Of a stretch of DNA of 32,000 nucleotides, positions 30,801 through 32,000 are shown in pieces (the first letter of the stretch is position 1; each line of letters begins with the position of its first letter). A model generated the notes under the pieces. The model was not told the DNA's origin. It was given only the letters and a program-made list of their open reading frames with translations, and did no database searches. Both the position numbers and the translations under genes were made by a program. Where the stretch lies: assembly GCF_000008645.1 (NCBI RefSeq), contig NC_000916.1:570001-602000 (forward strand), in the 5' to 3' direction. The stretch comes from Methanothermobacter thermautotrophicus str. Delta H. Its GTDB lineage: Archaea > Methanobacteriota > Methanobacteria > Methanobacteriales > Methanothermobacteraceae.

Positions 30801-32000
30801 GTGTTGGATGTGTTCCAGATGACTGCTGTCAGGGCAGCGCTCATTTTGTTTATAAGATCAATTGCTGTTCCTGCGATCTGAGGGTGTGTATTCGCATTTG
30901 AGATCATCTCCTGGGTCCAGCGGTTGAGTGTCTTGAGCATTTCATCCCTGACCCTGCAGTCTCCTTCATTGATACACTGCACCGCAACCCTTGTGAGTTC
31001 CTCTATGTATCCAACGGGACCTTCAACCATCTCCTTGCGGGCAACAGGATCAAGTGTATTGAACCATGCAAGGTAGTCCTCGTATGGCCACAGTATTGCA
31101 TTTGAACTGTTTGCAAGTTTCTCAAGTTCACCGGGGGCCCAGTTGGCAACATTTATACCGTTTTTGATCATCATCTCAACCAGTGCATCAGCGTCCTGCG
31201 GTATTTCACCAACACTGTAGCCCTCTGCCTTCATGCGCTTGAGTATCTCAATGATACTTTCGGGGACATTAAGGTAACTTGCACCTATGTTCTGCTTACC
31301 CGGCGGGTAGTTGTAGTATACAATTGCCACCTTTTTGTCACTATTTGCCATGGTCTGGAGTCTGATCCAGTTGAAGGCCCTGCTGACAAGTTTCTCTATC
31401 CTCTCTGGAATGGTCACTGTTATGTCCCACTGTGCACCTGTTTCAGGATCTGAACCTATCTCACCCACACCTATGGCAAGTGGTTCTATCTGACCCTGCA
31501 TCTCTGGCTGTGCACACTGCCAGTAAACTGACATCCAGCTGAATCCCTCCTCTGAGACAATCCACTGACCAATTGTTCTGTATGTAGAACTGGTTATCAT
31601 TGCCCTCAGAACAGGGATATTTGATCTATCAAAGAACTTGGTAACACTGGCACCGGATGTTGTTGACCCGGTTATAAACGTCAGCATATCTATGATAACG
31701 TTTGCCTTGACAGGGTATTTTTCAGGGTTGGCCTCGTACTGAACAACGTTTGATGCATCTGTGAGAAACTTTACTAGGGCTGAATATACGTTCACCGGCT
31801 GTACTGTGCTGATCTTGAGACTCCTTATTAGGTTACCATTATCAAGTATCTGAACCTCATAAACATTCGCACTTGAGACGCTGGTAACACCAAGGATTGA
31901 TGTGAGGTCAGTGTAGTTCCCTATTCCCCTGATGGCAGTTATGTTGTAGGTCTGGTTTGGCATGCATAGCGTCTGGATAATGTTCTGCATACCAGTCTGG
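27851..32000 (-). CDS. Giant CobN-like (cobaltochelatase/Mg-chelatase large subunit family) surface protein with C-terminal linker and TM anchor; N-terminus beyond the window
   Basis: CobN family motifs: VAIVYYNYPPGKQNIGASYLNVPESI, TKVAWDLGKRLADMALAQ, RPRIDVIVTTSGLFRDLFPNL, IDNDDYYDYYGGLSMAIE, YYNPEWIKSMMNEGYSGARTISNKFVAYLWGWQVTA. C-terminus is a Ser/Gly-rich linker then MPVYAILGVIALVALVGVGYFMGPGRK. The frame is open to 31999. Confidence 0.9.
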   Translation of the reverse strand, partial: QTGMQNIIQTLCMPNQTYNITAIRGIGNYTDLTSILGVTSVSSANVYEVQILDNGNLIRSLKISTVQPVNVYSALVKFLTDASNVVQYEANPEKYPVKANVIIDMLTFITGSTTSGASVTKFFDRSNIPVLRAMITSSTYRTIGQWIVSEEGFSWMSVYWQCAQPEMQGQIEPLAIGVGEIGSDPETGAQWDITVTIPERIEKLVSRAFNWIRLQTMANSDKKVAIVYYNYPPGKQNIGASYLNVPESIIEILKRMKAEGYSVGEIPQDADALVEMMIKNGINVANWAPGELEKLANSSNAILWPYEDYLAWFNTLDPVARKEMVEGPVGYIEELTRVAVQCINEGDCRVRDEMLKTLNRWTQEMISNANTHPQIAGTAIDLINKMSAALTAVIWNTSNTTAWDLFYIYKNQFMALNVSGMTGWGEPPGNVMVVTRNGRKYVVIPGLMFGNVFIGPEPQRGWEADAANLYHSTIVPPPHCYLAWYAWVNTVFGANAQIHVGRHATYEWTPRKQYALSSFDYPDICIGDTPSLYIYIMDGVGEGLQAKRRGLAVIIDHLTPPLTRTKLYGDLQELAGLVSSYEATPTGNPMRDEYAKQIRETIIKLDLARDLGINATNMTDDDIDRVHDYLLSITSTLMPYGLDTFGLNWTDSEVALMVSGMLSPDSDVDPSLQRLISMMNGWNFSNLTFEQAEALNNATVEMIMELLRGTSIDTLLENITDPSLKATLHSKLELALQYASLLKDSPSSEMDALMEGLSGHYITPAKGGDPVKAPYALPTGRNFYAQDDNTLPTKVAWDLGKRLADMALAQLDTIPEKMAAVVWCVETARDDGAMVSFVLRMLGVQPKMDDKTWLGGGKLSYIVPTNLTELLSDLNNVRSSMGLSNLTSRPRIDVIVTTSGLFRDLFPNLLAKMDVAYRVALGASYSKILQAYPELKTQLDLALDPLLTGQFKQAKTMADLLKIIDKNDSLNVNYIAKHWVELVLAGYDGDTAITRIFAPPVGDYGAGVNHGVEEAWTWDNRSELADVYLRRMSHAYSNTRWGASMEGLFENLLKGVTVAYHSRSTNLYGVIDNDDYYDYYGGLSMAIEKVNGGVAPSLNVLYYANPSRPEVVSLQEFMRREMRTRYYNPEWIKSMMNEGYSGARTISNKFVAYLWGWQVTAPQLVDDYDWNEITDIYIKDKYNLGVNRWLSTGNRAYSMISITGTLLTAAHKGFWKADEATLRLVANTWASTVAEYGVACCDCSCGNLAMMEWAMQYVNPDLLARVKSKIYEATGAAAFAPSENPNQGGESGSTPGGQPHDGSSGTSGGSEGVSAASPGTQSSSQNVGAGSESSQGAGKSYEVTASGSSGSSDTGMPVYAILGVIALVALVGVGYFMGPGRK

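Overview
The window is an archaeal chromosome segment. Protein content and style fit a Methanothermobacter (M. thermautotrophicus-like) methanogen; that assignment is from recall, not a database search. Supported genes in order: 3'-partial... i.e. C-terminally truncated NifH-like ATPase (CfbC-like, missing from the ORF track), CBS-domain protein, U32 peptidase, PurF, Toprim/coiled-coil protein, L37e, Sm-like protein, PUA-type RNA-binding protein, ArfB-like hydrolase, and a class II ribonucleotide reductase with an endonuclease-less 134-aa intein. An AT-rich envelope/polysaccharide-type block (9.0-13.1 kb) follows, then a DEAH-type helicase, an acyl-CoA ligase / thioesterase / XRE-cupin cluster, two tandem AmtB-GlnK pairs, a secreted protein with an in-frame TGA, PdxS, a PfkB kinase and a HisA-like protein. 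The right end carries the most interesting locus: a very large CobN-like protein (cobaltochelatase large-subunit family) with a low-complexity linker and C-terminal membrane anchor. It is co-oriented with a DUF2162-like membrane protein, a TolQ/ExbB-like motor subunit and a DUF2149 (ExbD-like) protein, suggesting a force-coupled cell-surface chelatase or tetrapyrrole/metal-handling machine in an archaeon. Direct reading also found two likely single-base frameshifts (thioesterase, PfkB kinase), an in-frame nonsense codon in the secreted protein, NrpR-type operator palindromes upstream of both amtB genes, and a repeat/hairpin cluster at the nrdJ / AT-rich-block junction.
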